Both the position numbers and the translations under genes were made by a program. From an uncultured Actinomycetota bacterium (lineage in GTDB: Bacteria > Actinomycetota > Actinomycetes > JAHEKZ01), in contig CAVQYR010000001.1 of the NCBI GenBank assembly GCA_963718235.1, positions 1,696,001 to 1,760,000 on the forward strand: a stretch of DNA of 64,000 nucleotides, given 5' to 3'. This document shows, piece after piece, positions 1 through 10,636 of the stretch. Within the stretch, counting starts at the first letter, position 1, and the number at the start of each line of letters is the position of its first letter. Below the pieces are notes generated by a model that was not told where the DNA came from, ran no database searches, and saw only the letters and a list, made by a program, of their open reading frames with translations.

Positions 1-1
1 C

Positions 2-949
2 GGACCGAACATCCTGGTCGAGGCCGGGATCCCGCTGCTCGACGCGGTCGACCCCGAGGTGTTCGTCCGGGTACGCGAGGGAGACCACGTACGGCTCGAC
101 GGCGACCAGCTCCTGAAGGGTGACGAGGTCGTCGCGTCTGGTCGCCTGCTCGACGCCGAGTACGTGGAACAGGCGATGTCCGAGGCGCGGATGGGGCTGT
201 CGGTGCAGCTCGAGGCCTTCGCCAGCAACACGATGGAGTACCTGAGGCGTGAGCGTGAGCTGCTCATCGACGGCGTTGGGGTACCGAAGATCCGGACGGT
301 GGTCGAGGGGCGTCAGGTGCTCATCGTCGTTCGCGGCTACCACTACAAGGAGGACCTGCAGACCCTGCGTCCGTACATCCGTGAGTTCCGGCCCGTGCTG
401 GTCGGCGTCGACGGGGGAGCCGACGCACTCATGGAGGCGGGGTACAAGCCCGACCTGATCGTCGGCGACATGGACTCGGTGTCCGACGACGTGCTGCGCT
501 GCGGGGCCGAGATCGTCGTCCACGCCTACCGCGACGGGCGGGCGCCTGGCCTGCACCGGGTCGAGGACCTCGGCCTGGAGGCGGTCGTGTTCCCGGCCAC
601 GGGAACCAGCGAGGACATCGCCATGCTGCTCGCCGACGACAAGGGTGCGGAGCTGATCGTCGCCGTCGGAACGCACGCCACCCTGGTCGAGTTCCTGGAC
701 AAGGGGCGTTCGGGGATGGCGAGCACGTTTCTCACCCGACTGCGGGTCGGCGGCAAGCTCGTCGACGCCAAAGGCGTGAGCCGGCTGTACCGCAGTCGCG
801 TGTCGACCGTGCAGGTGATGCTGCTGATGATGGCCGGCTTCATCGCCCTGGTGGCCGCCCTCGCCTCGACCGAGACCGGCAGCAGCTTCTTGGACTTCCT
901 CACCTCGCGCTGGGACGACTTCGTCTTCTGGGTGCAGGGGCTGCTGTGA
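2..949 (+). CDS. steA: SteA-like septal/cytokinetic ring protein (thiamine pyrophosphokinase-like domain, C-terminal TM), 5'-partial
   Basis: Frame open from the window edge. Motifs VGVDGGADAL, PDLIVGDM and TFLTRLRVGGKLVDAKGV; lies upstream of steB and pyrG as in other actinobacteria. Confidence 0.85.
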   Translation, partial: GPNILVEAGIPLLDAVDPEVFVRVREGDHVRLDGDQLLKGDEVVASGRLLDAEYVEQAMSEARMGLSVQLEAFASNTMEYLRRERELLIDGVGVPKIRTVVEGRQVLIVVRGYHYKEDLQTLRPYIREFRPVLVGVDGGADALMEAGYKPDLIVGDMDSVSDDVLRCGAEIVVHAYRDGRAPGLHRVEDLGLEAVVFPATGTSEDIAMLLADDKGAELIVAVGTHATLVEFLDKGRSGMASTFLTRLRVGGKLVDAKGVSRLYRSRVSTVQVMLLMMAGFIALVAALASTETGSSFLDFLTSRWDDFVFWVQGLL

Positions 950-1887
950 TCGACTTTCGCTACTTCCTGGTCTCGATCGTGGCCATCTTCTTTGCCCTGG
1001 CGATCGGGATCGTGCTGGGTTCTGGCCCGCTCGAGGGCAACATCAACGACGCGGTGCGCGGCACCAACGAGCAGCTGGCCGCCGAGAAGAAGGCGCTCCA
1101 GGAGCAGGTCGTCGCGCTGCAGGACGAGCTGGATGCCTCACAGGTCTACGCATCAGGGGTGCAGCCGCTCGTGGTGGGCTCGCAGCTGAACGGCGCGACC
1201 GTCGCCATCGTGGTGCTGGACGGCGCGTCGGGCGACCAGGTCGAGGCGGCGACCACGGTGGTGGAGGAGTCGGGCGCGCGAGTGGGTTCGGTGGTCCGGG
1301 TGACCGGCGCCTGGAGCGACCCGGACCAGCAGGACGTGCTCGAACGCGTCGCGAGCGGGCTCGACAAGGCCGACAACAGCGGCAACGCCTCCCTCGTGGG
1401 CGGCCAGGCCCTGGCCGACGCCTTGGTGACGGCCTCTCCCACGGCCGTGGCCCCAGGCGGCGGAAACAAGGTCGACCCCGACGGTCTGGCCGTGGTCACG
1501 GGCCTGGTGGAGGCCGGCTTCCTCGAGGTCGACGCCGTCCGCGACCTGAGGCGGGCCGGTCTGGCAGTGGTCGTGGCCCCCGATAACGATCCCGACGCTG
1601 CGGCGTCCGAGTCGTACCTCCCGCTGATCGAGTCGCTCGACACCGACGGCCGCGGAGTCGTGGTCGGCGGGGCCGAGGCGGCCACGTTGGACGGCGGCAC
1701 GATCAGCGCCGTGCGTGGCTCTTCCTTGTCCGACCAGGTGTCCACCGTCGACGACCTGGACCTCTCGATGGGCGCCGGCACCACCTTGTTGGCCCTGGTC
1801 CAACAGCTCGAGGGCGGAGTGGGGCAGTACGGCATTCGCGCCGGCGCGGAGGCGGTCGTTCCCGAGCAGAGCACGGACGGGTCTTGA
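946..1887 (+). CDS. steB: SteB/MctB-like (DUF3186, annotated copper transporter) membrane-anchored protein
   Basis: N-terminus MIDFRYFLVSIVAIFFALAIGIVLG, then a coiled coil and a C-terminal VSTVDD...GQYG. GTGA overlap with steA. Confidence 0.85.
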   Translation: MIDFRYFLVSIVAIFFALAIGIVLGSGPLEGNINDAVRGTNEQLAAEKKALQEQVVALQDELDASQVYASGVQPLVVGSQLNGATVAIVVLDGASGDQVEAATTVVEESGARVGSVVRVTGAWSDPDQQDVLERVASGLDKADNSGNASLVGGQALADALVTASPTAVAPGGGNKVDPDGLAVVTGLVEAGFLEVDAVRDLRRAGLAVVVAPDNDPDAAASESYLPLIESLDTDGRGVVVGGAEAATLDGGTISAVRGSSLSDQVSTVDDLDLSMGAGTTLLALVQQLEGGVGQYGIRAGAEAVVPEQSTDGS

Positions 1888-2717
1888 GCCGACACCTGCG
1901 TACCGTGGTCGGTCGCGCGGGATCCGCCACGGTCGCTGCCGGCGTGGCTCGGGGGGTCTTCGCACTTCCGGCACCGGGGGGCCGCGACCGATGGCAACGC
2001 ACCAACCACCGCAGCGGGAGTGTCACCCTGTGGCAAGGTCCCGCGGTGACGGTCGGCACCTGTGCCGGGATCGTGGTGGCACCTGGCCTGACCCCAGGGG
2101 TACGGCTTGGGGTGCTCGGGACCGTCGCCGCTACGGGTGCGCTCGGGGTGTATGACGACCTGGCGGGGGCGGGCAGCACGAAGGGGCTGCGCGGTCACCT
2201 GGGCGCACTTCGGCGCGGGCAGGTCACCAGTGGGGCCGTGAAGGTCGTCGGCATGGGGACGGTCGGGCTCCTCGCCGGACGGGTGCTGCGTCGCCAGCAG
2301 CCACTGTGGGAGCAGGTGGTAGCAGGCGCCCTGGTCGCGGGGTCAGCGAACCTGCTCAACCTCTTGGATCTGCGGCCCGGGCGGGCCACCAAGGCCCTCG
2401 TGCTCGTGGGCGGGCCGGCGATGCTCGGTGGTGGTGTCGGCGGCTCGCTCGTCACCGCACCCGTGGCCGCCGCACTGGCGCTTCTGCCCTCTGACCTCGC
2501 GGAGCGCTCAATGATGGGCGATGCCGGTGCCAACGCCGTGGGTGCTGCCGCGGGCTGTGCCGGCGCTGCGGCACTGGGTCGTGGTCCGCTCGTGGGGTGC
2601 GTCGCGGCCATCGTGGGGCTGACGCTGGCCAGCGAGCGGATCAGCTTCACCCGGGTGATCGAGACGACCCCCGCGCTTCGCGCGCTCGACGCGCTCGGGC
2701 GACGTCCTCCGTCATGA
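1884..2717 (+). CDS. Membrane protein resembling glycosyltransferase family 4 (MraY/WecA-like polyprenyl-phosphate sugar-phosphate transferase)
   Basis: Motifs GVYDD, NLLNLLDLRPGRA and MGDAGAN; several hydrophobic segments; start/stop overlaps with neighbours. Confidence 0.65.
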   Translation: MSRHLRTVVGRAGSATVAAGVARGVFALPAPGGRDRWQRTNHRSGSVTLWQGPAVTVGTCAGIVVAPGLTPGVRLGVLGTVAATGALGVYDDLAGAGSTKGLRGHLGALRRGQVTSGAVKVVGMGTVGLLAGRVLRRQQPLWEQVVAGALVAGSANLLNLLDLRPGRATKALVLVGGPAMLGGGVGGSLVTAPVAAALALLPSDLAERSMMGDAGANAVGAAAGCAGAAALGRGPLVGCVAAIVGLTLASERISFTRVIETTPALRALDALGRRPPS

Positions 2718-4348
2718 CCGGGTCCGGGCCGGGCCGTCGGGCGGCCGCCCTCGGCGGGGTGGTGGCGATGATCGCGGTCGTCACCGCTGCGTCCCGGGTG
2801 GTCGGGTTCGCCCGGACCTGGGTCCTGGCCCAGACGGTCGGCACGAGCTGTCTGGGAACCGCGTACACGACGGCCAACGCCGTCCCGAACCTGGTCTTCG
2901 AGATCGTCGTCGGTGGGGCACTGGCCGGGAGCGTGGTGCCCCTGCTGGCCGGTCCACTGGCCCGTGGCGACCAGGAGCGGGCCAGGCGGATCACCTCCGC
3001 CCTGTACGGCTGGGTGCTCGTCGTCCTGGTCCCGGCCGCGGTCGTGGTCGCAGCCGCGGCGGGACCGATCACCGCGCTGCTCCTCGGCCCCGGGACCGAC
3101 TCGGGCTGCGCCGCGGACGCCGTGTCGGACACCGCGGCGGCGATGCTCGTGGTCTTCGCCGTCCAGATCCCGGTCTACGGACTGACCGTGGTCGCGCAGG
3201 GGTCGCTGCAGTCGGCCCACCAGTTCCTGGCCCCGGCTCTCGCCCCGCTGCTGTCCAGCCTGGTGGTCATCGCCGCCTACCTCGGCTATGCGCAGCTGGC
3301 GGGGACGGGCGCCGGTGACGTGGTCGGGATCTCCTCGGCCGAGCTGGTCCTCCTGGCCTGGGGCACGACCCTCGGCGTCCTGGTGCTCTGGCTGACCCAG
3401 CTTCCGGCCACCGTGCGCCATGGCCTGTGGGTCAGGCCATCGCTGCGCTTCCCCGAGGCGGTAGCCGACCGGGCACGCGCGCTGGCGGTGGCCGGTCTGG
3501 TCACCGTGGCCGCCCAGTGGCTGGCCTACGGCGTCTCGCTGCGGCTGGTGAACGACCGCGGACCGGAGGGTGCCGCCGTGGTCTACCTGCTGGCCTGGAC
3601 CGTGTTCCTGCTGCCGTGGGCGGTGCTCGTCTTCCCGCTGGCCACCGGCGTCTTCCCGAGGCTCGCGGCGATGCACGAGCACCGGCACACCCTCCAGTTC
3701 GCCGACTCTGTGGCCGGACTCGTCCGCGGAAGTGTGCTGCTCGCGGCCCTCGGCTCGGCTGGGGTGGCGGCCCTGGCCCGCCCCGCCGCGTCGTTCCTCG
3801 TGCTCGGGGCGCCCGGCCGGCCCTCGGTGGACACGCTGTCGGCGGCGTTGACCGGGTTCGCCCCGGGGGTGCTCGGCTTCGCCCTCGTCGCCGTGTGCGG
3901 GCGGGTCCTGTACGCGGCCCACAGGGGATCGGTGGCAGGGGTGGTCACGGTCGGTGGCTGGCTCACGGTCGTGGCGCTCGCCGTGTGGTGGTCCGGCTTG
4001 GTCACCGCTGACCGCGTGGTCGCCGCCGTCGCGCTGGCCACGTCGGTGGGGCTGCTCGTGGCCGGCGTCGTGCTCGTCGTCGCGCTGCGACGGGAGTTCG
4101 GCCGCCCGGCCCTGGCTGGTCTCGCGAGGTCGACCACGGCCGCGGTCGCGGGCGTCGTCGCGGCCACGGCCGTCGGTCGCGGGCTGGCCGACACGATGGC
4201 CTGGTCCACCACCACGGGGGCCTTGCTGGTCGCCCTACTGGTGGGGCTGGTGGTGGTGGTCGTGTTCGTGGCGATGGTGTGGCTGGTCGACCGATCGGCG
4301 CTGCAGTCCCTGGCGCGTCGTCGTCACGGCACGCCGTCGCAGGGCTGA
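2714..4348 (+). CDS. murJ: MurJ/MviN-family lipid II flippase-like protein
   Basis: SRVVGFAR...AYTTANAVPNLVFEIVVGGAL motif and many TM segments. ATG at 2714 overlaps the upstream stop. Confidence 0.75.
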   Translation: MTGSGPGRRAAALGGVVAMIAVVTAASRVVGFARTWVLAQTVGTSCLGTAYTTANAVPNLVFEIVVGGALAGSVVPLLAGPLARGDQERARRITSALYGWVLVVLVPAAVVVAAAAGPITALLLGPGTDSGCAADAVSDTAAAMLVVFAVQIPVYGLTVVAQGSLQSAHQFLAPALAPLLSSLVVIAAYLGYAQLAGTGAGDVVGISSAELVLLAWGTTLGVLVLWLTQLPATVRHGLWVRPSLRFPEAVADRARALAVAGLVTVAAQWLAYGVSLRLVNDRGPEGAAVVYLLAWTVFLLPWAVLVFPLATGVFPRLAAMHEHRHTLQFADSVAGLVRGSVLLAALGSAGVAALARPAASFLVLGAPGRPSVDTLSAALTGFAPGVLGFALVAVCGRVLYAAHRGSVAGVVTVGGWLTVVALAVWWSGLVTADRVVAAVALATSVGLLVAGVVLVVALRREFGRPALAGLARSTTAAVAGVVAATAVGRGLADTMAWSTTTGALLVALLVGLVVVVVFVAMVWLVDRSALQSLARRRHGTPSQG

Positions 4349-4380
4349 TAGCCTGGTGGCCCGTGGATCGATGACGAAAG

Positions 4381-4420
4381 CTGCTCGAGGAAGCACTGCT
4401 CGACGAATCACTGCTCGACC
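4381..4420 (+). repeat. 15-bp tandem repeat (CTGCTCGASGAAKCA, ~2.7 copies) upstream of pyrG
   Basis: ctgctcgaggaagca / ctgctcgacgaatca / ctgctcgacc read directly. Confidence 0.8.
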
Positions 4421-4489
4421 TTTCGCTCAGCGGCCCGCAGTCACAGCTGATCGCCACTGATCACTTCGGGAACGACCACGGGAGCCCTC

Positions 4490-6193
4490 TTGGCCGGCGC
4501 GCAGACCACCAAGCACATCTTCGTCACGGGTGGGGTCGCCTCCTCCCTCGGCAAGGGACTCACGGCGTCGAGCCTGGGCAACCTGCTGAAGGCCCGCGGG
4601 TTGCGGGTGACCATGCAGAAGCTCGACCCGTACCTCAACGTAGACCCCGGGACGATGAACCCGTTCCAGCACGGGGAGGTCTTCGTCACCGACGACGGAG
4701 CCGAGACCGACCTCGACATCGGTCACTACGAGCGCTTCCTCGACCGCGAGCTCGCCGGGTCGGCCAACGTCACCACCGGGCAGGTCTACTCCACAGTCAT
4801 CGCCAAGGAGCGGCGAGGGGAGTACCTCGGTGACACCGTCCAGGTGATCCCGCACATCACCAACGAGATCAAGTCACGGATCCGCCGGATGGCTGGTCCC
4901 GAGGTCGACGTCGTGATCACCGAGGTGGGGGGCACGGTCGGAGACATCGAGTCGCTGCCGTTCCTCGAGGCCGTCCGGCAGGTGCGTCACGAGGTCGGAC
5001 GAGACAGCACCTTCGTCGTACACGTCTCGCTCCTGCCCTACATCGGACCCTCCGGGGAGCTGAAGACCAAGCCGACCCAGCACTCCGTGGCGGCGCTGCG
5101 CAACATCGGCATCCAGCCCGACGCGATCGTGCTGCGGGCGGACCGGCCCGTGCCGCCCAGCATCAAGCGCAAGGTCGGTCTCATGTGCGATGTCGACGAC
5201 GAGGCAGTGGTCGCCGCCGTCGACGCTCCGAGCATCTACGACATCCCCAAGGTGCTTCATGCCGAGGGACTCGATGCATACGTCGTGCGTCGGCTCGACC
5301 TTCCCTTCCGCGACGTCGACTGGACCCAGTGGGACGACCTCCTGCGCCGGGTCCACCGACCGGCACACGAGATCACCGTCGCCCTGGTCGGCAAGTACAT
5401 CGACCTGCCCGACGCCTACCTTTCGGTCTCCGAGGCCCTGCGCGCGGGCGGCTTCGCCAACGACGCTCGGGTCACGCTGCGTTGGGTCACGTCCGACGAC
5501 TGTGCGACCCCTGAGGCCGCCGCTCGCCAGCTCTCCGGCGTCGACGCGATCTGTGTTCCCGGCGGGTTCGGGGTGCGCGGGATCGAAGGCAAGCTCGGGG
5601 CGCTGCGCTATGCCCGCGAGCACAAGATCCCGACCCTCGGCCTTTGCCTCGGCCTGCAGTGCATGGTCATCGAGTACGCGCGCAACATGGCCGAGCTGGT
5701 CGATGCCAACTCCGCCGAGTTCGACGACAGCACGCCGTTCCCCGTGATCGCGACGATGGCCGACCAGCGCGACGTCGTGGCCGGCGAGCGCGACATGGGT
5801 GGGACGATGCGACTGGGCCTCTACCCGGCCAAGCTGCTCGAAGGATCGATCGTGCGCGAGCTCTACGGAGAGCCCTACATCGAAGAGCGGCACCGACACC
5901 GGTACGAGGTGAACAACGAGTACCGACCCGCGCTCGAGCAGGCCGGGATCGTCTTCAGCGGCACCTCGCCGGACGGCCGGCTCGTGGAGTTCGTGGAGCT
6001 GCCTCGTGACGTGCACCCGTTCTATGTCGCCACCCAGGCGCATCCGGAGTTCCGCTCCCGCCCCACCCGCGCCCACCCGTTGTTCGCCGGGCTCGTCGCC
6101 GCCGCCCTGCAGCGCAAGCCCGAACAGGTCGAGCTGCCGGCCTCCGCCGTCGGACCGATCGAGTCGGCGGACGCCGTCATCACACCGGCGTGA
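4490..6193 (+). CDS. pyrG: CTP synthase
   Basis: [51 protein letters not shown] and QAHPEF motifs. Confidence 0.98.
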   Translation: MAGAQTTKHIFVTGGVASSLGKGLTASSLGNLLKARGLRVTMQKLDPYLNVDPGTMNPFQHGEVFVTDDGAETDLDIGHYERFLDRELAGSANVTTGQVYSTVIAKERRGEYLGDTVQVIPHITNEIKSRIRRMAGPEVDVVITEVGGTVGDIESLPFLEAVRQVRHEVGRDSTFVVHVSLLPYIGPSGELKTKPTQHSVAALRNIGIQPDAIVLRADRPVPPSIKRKVGLMCDVDDEAVVAAVDAPSIYDIPKVLHAEGLDAYVVRRLDLPFRDVDWTQWDDLLRRVHRPAHEITVALVGKYIDLPDAYLSVSEALRAGGFANDARVTLRWVTSDDCATPEAAARQLSGVDAICVPGGFGVRGIEGKLGALRYAREHKIPTLGLCLGLQCMVIEYARNMAELVDANSAEFDDSTPFPVIATMADQRDVVAGERDMGGTMRLGLYPAKLLEGSIVRELYGEPYIEERHRHRYEVNNEYRPALEQAGIVFSGTSPDGRLVEFVELPRDVHPFYVATQAHPEFRSRPTRAHPLFAGLVAAALQRKPEQVELPASAVGPIESADAVITPA

Positions 6194-6831
6194 CCCCCGT
6201 CTCCGACGACCGGTCGGCCCGACCGGTGCTGGACGAGACCGTGCGCTACCGCGGGATGAAGTGGGACGTCGTCACCGAGACGGTCGCGCTGGACCACGAG
6301 CGGCAGGTCCGTCGTGACGTGGTGGTGCACCCCGGTGCCGTCGGCGTCGTCGCTCTCGACGAAGACCTGCGGGTCCTGCTGATCCAGCAGTACCGCCAGC
6401 CCGTCGGGGCATCGCTGTGGGAGCTGCCGGCCGGGCTGCTCGACCTGGCGGGGGAGGACCCTCGGGTGGCCGCAGAGCGAGAGCTGGCCGAAGAGGCGTT
6501 CGTCCGGGCCAGTGAGTGGGCGACGCTCGTCGACCTGTTCAGCTCCCCGGGCATGTCCTCCGAGGCCTACCGGATCTACCTCGCCCGCGGGATCACCGCC
6601 GTGCCGGAGGGTGAGCGTCACGTCCGGACCGACGAGGAGCGAGACATGCCGGTCCTCTGGGTGCCACTGCAGGAGGCGTGCGCGCAGGTGTTGGCGGGGC
6701 ACGTCCACAACGCGATGGCCGTGGCCGGCCTGCTGGCGGCCCAGTACGCCCTCGAGCGGGAGGGAGCTCCACTCCGCCCGGCCGATGCGACCTGGCCAGA
6801 ACGCAGTGAGCGCTACCACCGAGCCACCTGA
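6190..6831 (+). CDS. NUDIX hydrolase (ADP-ribose pyrophosphatase-like)
   Basis: ELPAGLLD...AERELAEE Nudix box; usual position after pyrG. Confidence 0.9.
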   Translation: MTPVSDDRSARPVLDETVRYRGMKWDVVTETVALDHERQVRRDVVVHPGAVGVVALDEDLRVLLIQQYRQPVGASLWELPAGLLDLAGEDPRVAAERELAEEAFVRASEWATLVDLFSSPGMSSEAYRIYLARGITAVPEGERHVRTDEERDMPVLWVPLQEACAQVLAGHVHNAMAVAGLLAAQYALEREGAPLRPADATWPERSERYHRAT

Positions 6832-6926
6832 CCCGTCGACCTGACCCAACGTGGGGGAGCCCGATACACTCGGCGCCGCCCAGGGGTAACCGGGGCGCAG
6901 TCTCGACACGAAGGACGTTGATAGCC

Positions 6927-8042
6927 GTGAAGGTCGGCATCCCCCGCGAGGTCAAGAACCACGAGTACCGAGTCGCCATCACGCCCGCCGGCGTGTACGA
7001 GCTCGTCCGCAACGGCCATGAGGTGTTCGTCGAGACCGACGCGGGCGTCGGCTCGTCGATCAGCAACGATGACTTCGTCGGAGCCGGTGCCCAGATCCTG
7101 CCGACGGCCGATGACGTCTGGTCCACCGGCGACCTGATCCTGAAGGTCAAGGAGCCCATCGCCGAGGAGTACCACCGCATGCGCAAGGGGCAGGTGCTGT
7201 TCACCTACCTGCACCTCGCGGCGTCCCGCGAGTGCACCGACGCACTGCTGAGCTCGGGCACCACGGCCATCGCCTACGAGACCGTCGAGCTGGCCGACCG
7301 GTCGCTCCCACTGCTGGCCCCGATGTCCGAGGTCGCTGGCCGGATGGGTCCCCAGGTGGGTGCGGCCACGCTGCAGCGGGCCAACGGGGGGCGCGGAGTC
7401 CTGCTCGGTGGAGTGCCGGGAGTCAAGGCCGCCAAGGTGGTCGTGCTCGGCGGTGGGGTGTCCGGCTTGAACGCCGCGCAGATCGCCGTGGGCATGGGCG
7501 CTCACGTCACGATCCTGGACATCAACGCCAAGCGACTCGCCGAGATCGACCGCGTGTACCAGGGTCGGATGCAGACGCTGATGTCCAGCTCGTACGCGAT
7601 CGAGCGGGAGGTCGCCGAGGCCGACCTGGTCATCGGTGCCGTCCTGGTGCCGGGCGCCAAGGCACCCAAGCTCGTCAACAACGCCATGGTGGCGTCGATG
7701 AAGCCGGGTGCGGTGCTCGTCGACATCGCGATCGACCAGGGTGGCTGTTTCGAGGGCTCGCGGCCCACCACGCATGCCGACCCGACGTTCAAGGTGCACG
7801 ACACGGTCTTCTACTGCGTCGCGAACATGCCGGGCGCGGTGCCGCACACGTCGACGTACGCACTCACCAACGTGACGCTGCCGTACGCGGTTCAGCTGGC
7901 CAACCTCGGGTGGCAGGGCGCGCTGGCCAACAACGTCGCGCTGCGTCCGGGTCTGAACACCCACGAGGGCCACATCACCTACGAGGCCGTGGCGCAGGCG
8001 TTCGACCTGCCCTGGCTGCGGGTGGACGAGATCCTCGGCTGA
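6927..8042 (+). CDS. ald: Alanine dehydrogenase
   Basis: [42 protein letters not shown] and ANMPGAVP motifs. GTG start at 6927. Confidence 0.97.
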   Translation: MKVGIPREVKNHEYRVAITPAGVYELVRNGHEVFVETDAGVGSSISNDDFVGAGAQILPTADDVWSTGDLILKVKEPIAEEYHRMRKGQVLFTYLHLAASRECTDALLSSGTTAIAYETVELADRSLPLLAPMSEVAGRMGPQVGAATLQRANGGRGVLLGGVPGVKAAKVVVLGGGVSGLNAAQIAVGMGAHVTILDINAKRLAEIDRVYQGRMQTLMSSSYAIEREVAEADLVIGAVLVPGAKAPKLVNNAMVASMKPGAVLVDIAIDQGGCFEGSRPTTHADPTFKVHDTVFYCVANMPGAVPHTSTYALTNVTLPYAVQLANLGWQGALANNVALRPGLNTHEGHITYEAVAQAFDLPWLRVDEILG

Positions 8043-8137
8043 CCCTCGGGTCCCCCAGGGATCACGGAGTGACGACCAGGTTCGTCGGTGGTCGGTGGTC
8101 GGTGAGCCCCGCTTCCGGTCGGTGACGCACGCTCGCG

Positions 8138-8191
8138 CCGTCGGCTCGGGCCGTCGGTTCGGGGCCGTCGGTTCGGGGCCGTCGGTTCGGG
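8138..8191. repeat. Four tandem copies of CCGTCGG(T/C)TCGGG(G) in the ald-xerD spacer
   Basis: Units at 8138, 8151, 8165 and 8179. Confidence 0.85.
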
Positions 8192-8246
8192 CCCGCTCCG
8201 ACCGGTCAGGGCAGGCTGACGCCTGTCGCGGCTATGGTCTTATGTC

Positions 8247-9215
8247 ATGTCCGTCGCCGAGTCCGGGTCGCTCGTTCGCACCGCCGTGACCTACCTGGAC
8301 CACCTCAGCGTCGAGCGGGGGCTGGCGGCCAACACGCTGGTCTCCTACCGGCGCGACCTCGACCGCTACCTCGCCTTCAGCGCTTACCACGGGGTCGTCC
8401 GGCTCAGCGACGTGACCCCACAGCACGTCACCGCCTTCGTGGCCTCGCTGCGTGAAGGCGACGCGGACACCCCAGCCATGAAGGCATCGTCGGCGGCCCG
8501 GACCTTGGCCGCGGTGCGGGGCCTGCACCTGTTCGCCGTGCGCGAGGGGCTCAGCGACTCCGACCCTGCCCACGAGGTGCGGCCCCCTCAGCCACCCAAG
8601 CGCCTGCCTCGGGCGATCTCGGTGAGCGACGTCGAGCGTCTGCTGGCCGCGACGGGTGAGGCGACCACAGCCCGCGAGCTGCGGGACCGCGCCCTGCTCG
8701 AGCTGTTGTACGGCACCGGGGCCAGGATCTCCGAGGCAGTGGGCCTGGACGTCGACGAGGTCGACCTGGCCGGGCGCACGGTCCGGGTCCTCGGCAAGGG
8801 GAGCAAGGAGCGAGTCGTCCCCCTCGGACGGTACGCGGCCGACGCCGTCGATGCCTACCTCGTGCGGGGGCGCGGTGACTTGGTCGGGCCACGGTCCGGG
8901 GCGGCGGTGTTCCTGAACTCCCGGGGTGGCCGACTCACCCGGCAGAGCGCCTGGGCGGTCCTGCAGCAGGCAGCTGACCGGGCCGGTCTGACCGTCGCGG
9001 TCTCCCCGCACACCCTGCGGCACAGCTTCGCCACCCACCTGCTGGACGGCGGCGCCGACGTGCGGGTGGTCCAAGAGCTGCTCGGCCACGCCTCGGTCAC
9101 CACGACCCAGGCATACACCCTGGTGACGGTGGACCGGCTCCGGGAGGTCTACGCCACTGCTCATCCACGCGCACGCGAGGGTGCGCCCTTGCCCAACAGC
9201 CGGTCCAGCGCCTAG
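8247..9215 (+). CDS. xerD: Tyrosine recombinase XerD
   Basis: [57 protein letters not shown]; conserved synteny. Confidence 0.95.
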   Translation: MSVAESGSLVRTAVTYLDHLSVERGLAANTLVSYRRDLDRYLAFSAYHGVVRLSDVTPQHVTAFVASLREGDADTPAMKASSAARTLAAVRGLHLFAVREGLSDSDPAHEVRPPQPPKRLPRAISVSDVERLLAATGEATTARELRDRALLELLYGTGARISEAVGLDVDEVDLAGRTVRVLGKGSKERVVPLGRYAADAVDAYLVRGRGDLVGPRSGAAVFLNSRGGRLTRQSAWAVLQQAADRAGLTVAVSPHTLRHSFATHLLDGGADVRVVQELLGHASVTTTQAYTLVTVDRLREVYATAHPRAREGAPLPNSRSSA

Positions 9216-9272
9216 AGTCGCCACTCGCACGAAAGACGACAGGTCTCCTGAGAGGTTCGGCGATTGAGCGAC

Positions 9273-10190
9273 ATGTCGACAAATAAGTCCCACGCAGAGG
9301 CCGCGACCGTCCCGCCGGTGAGCGGCGACGGGCTCGAGCTGGACGAGATCCTCGGCCCGACCCAGCGACCGGTGGTCGAGTTCCCCGAGCCGGGACCGGT
9401 GCTCGAGCACGGCCCGGCCCGGGTCATCGCCATGTGCAACCAGAAGGGTGGGGTCGGCAAGACCACCACCACGATCAACCTGGGGGCGGCGCTCGCCGAG
9501 GCCGGCCGGCGGGTGCTGCTGGTCGACTTCGACCCCCAGGGGGCCCTGTCGGTCGGGTTGGGCGTGAACCCCCACGAGCTCGACCGCACCGTCTACAACC
9601 TGCTGATGGACCGCGGCGTGCACGCCGAGGACGTCCTGCTCAAGACCAATGTCGTCGGGCTGGACCTGCTGCCGAGCAACATCGACCTGTCGGCGGCCGA
9701 GGTCCAGCTGGTGGGGGAGGTCGCCCGGGAGCAGACCCTGGTCCGGGTGCTGGCCCCGGTGCTTCCCGACTACGACTTCGTACTGATCGACTGCCAGCCG
9801 TCGCTGGGTCTGCTGACCGTCAACGCGCTGACCGCTGCCCATGCCGTGCTGATCCCGCTGGAGTGCGAATTCTTCGCTCTCCGAGGGGTGGCACTGCTGA
9901 TGGACACTATCTACAAAGTCCAGGAACGGCTTAACCCTCAACTAGAACTTGAGGGAATACTAGCCACAATGTATGACAGTCGTACCGTTCACGGCCGGGA
10001 GGTGCTCGCACGGTTGGTGGAGGCGTTCGGGGACAAGGTCTTCCACACCGTGATCGCCCGGACGGTCCGCTTCCCCGAGACGACGGTCGTGGGCGAGCCG
10101 ATCATCTCCTACGCCACCAAGTCGACCGGGGCCGTGGCCTACCGGGCCCTGGCCCGTGAGCTGCTGGCCCGAGAGGTCGTTGCCCCGTGA
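9273..10190 (+). CDS. ParA/Soj-family ATPase (orphan ParA paralogue of the xerD-scpAB cluster)
   Basis: Deviant Walker A NQKGGVGKTTT, DFDPQG and DCQPSLG; no parB nearby. Confidence 0.93.
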   Translation: MSTNKSHAEAATVPPVSGDGLELDEILGPTQRPVVEFPEPGPVLEHGPARVIAMCNQKGGVGKTTTTINLGAALAEAGRRVLLVDFDPQGALSVGLGVNPHELDRTVYNLLMDRGVHAEDVLLKTNVVGLDLLPSNIDLSAAEVQLVGEVAREQTLVRVLAPVLPDYDFVLIDCQPSLGLLTVNALTAAHAVLIPLECEFFALRGVALLMDTIYKVQERLNPQLELEGILATMYDSRTVHGREVLARLVEAFGDKVFHTVIARTVRFPETTVVGEPIISYATKSTGAVAYRALARELLAREVVAP

Positions 10191-10612
10191 GCCGTCGCGC
10201 CGCCCTGCCCGGGGCCAACGAGCTGTTCCGGACCACGTCGTCCACGCTGGAGGCCGCTGCTGAGCCGGCCCCCGGAGACGTCGAGGCGGCCGACGTAGCC
10301 GGGGGAGAGGGGTCGGACCGCGCAGGGGGGTCAGGCTCGGGCGGCAGCGAGCCGACCAAGCCCCGGCTGCGTCGCGTGCGGTCGAGCACACTGGAGCCCT
10401 CGGGGCGCGAGCGGCACGACGAAAAGATCACCGTGTACGTGTCCTCCGACGAGCTGATGGCCCTGGAGGACGCGAGGGTCGCGTTGTACCGCGACCACGG
10501 CGTCAAGATCGACCGCGGGCGGATCGTCCGGGAGGCGATTGCGCTGGTCATGTCCGACCTGCAGACCAAGGGGACCTCGAGCATCCTGGTGCGGCGGCTC
10601 ACCGACCGTTAG
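10187..10612 (+). CDS. Small ParA-partner protein with predicted ribbon-helix-helix DNA-binding C-terminus
   Basis: GTGA-coupled to parA. Arg-rich N-terminal peptide MSRRAALPGANELFR, low-complexity linker, then a KITVYV strand and an RGRIVREAI helix. Confidence 0.7.
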   Translation: MSRRAALPGANELFRTTSSTLEAAAEPAPGDVEAADVAGGEGSDRAGGSGSGGSEPTKPRLRRVRSSTLEPSGRERHDEKITVYVSSDELMALEDARVALYRDHGVKIDRGRIVREAIALVMSDLQTKGTSSILVRRLTDR

Positions 10613-10636
10613 GCGTGGTCGGCTACGGTTTCGCAG

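Noticed and set aside
8247-9215. Phage or ICE integrase
   Set aside because: Sequence and synteny fit housekeeping XerD; no phage genes nearby.
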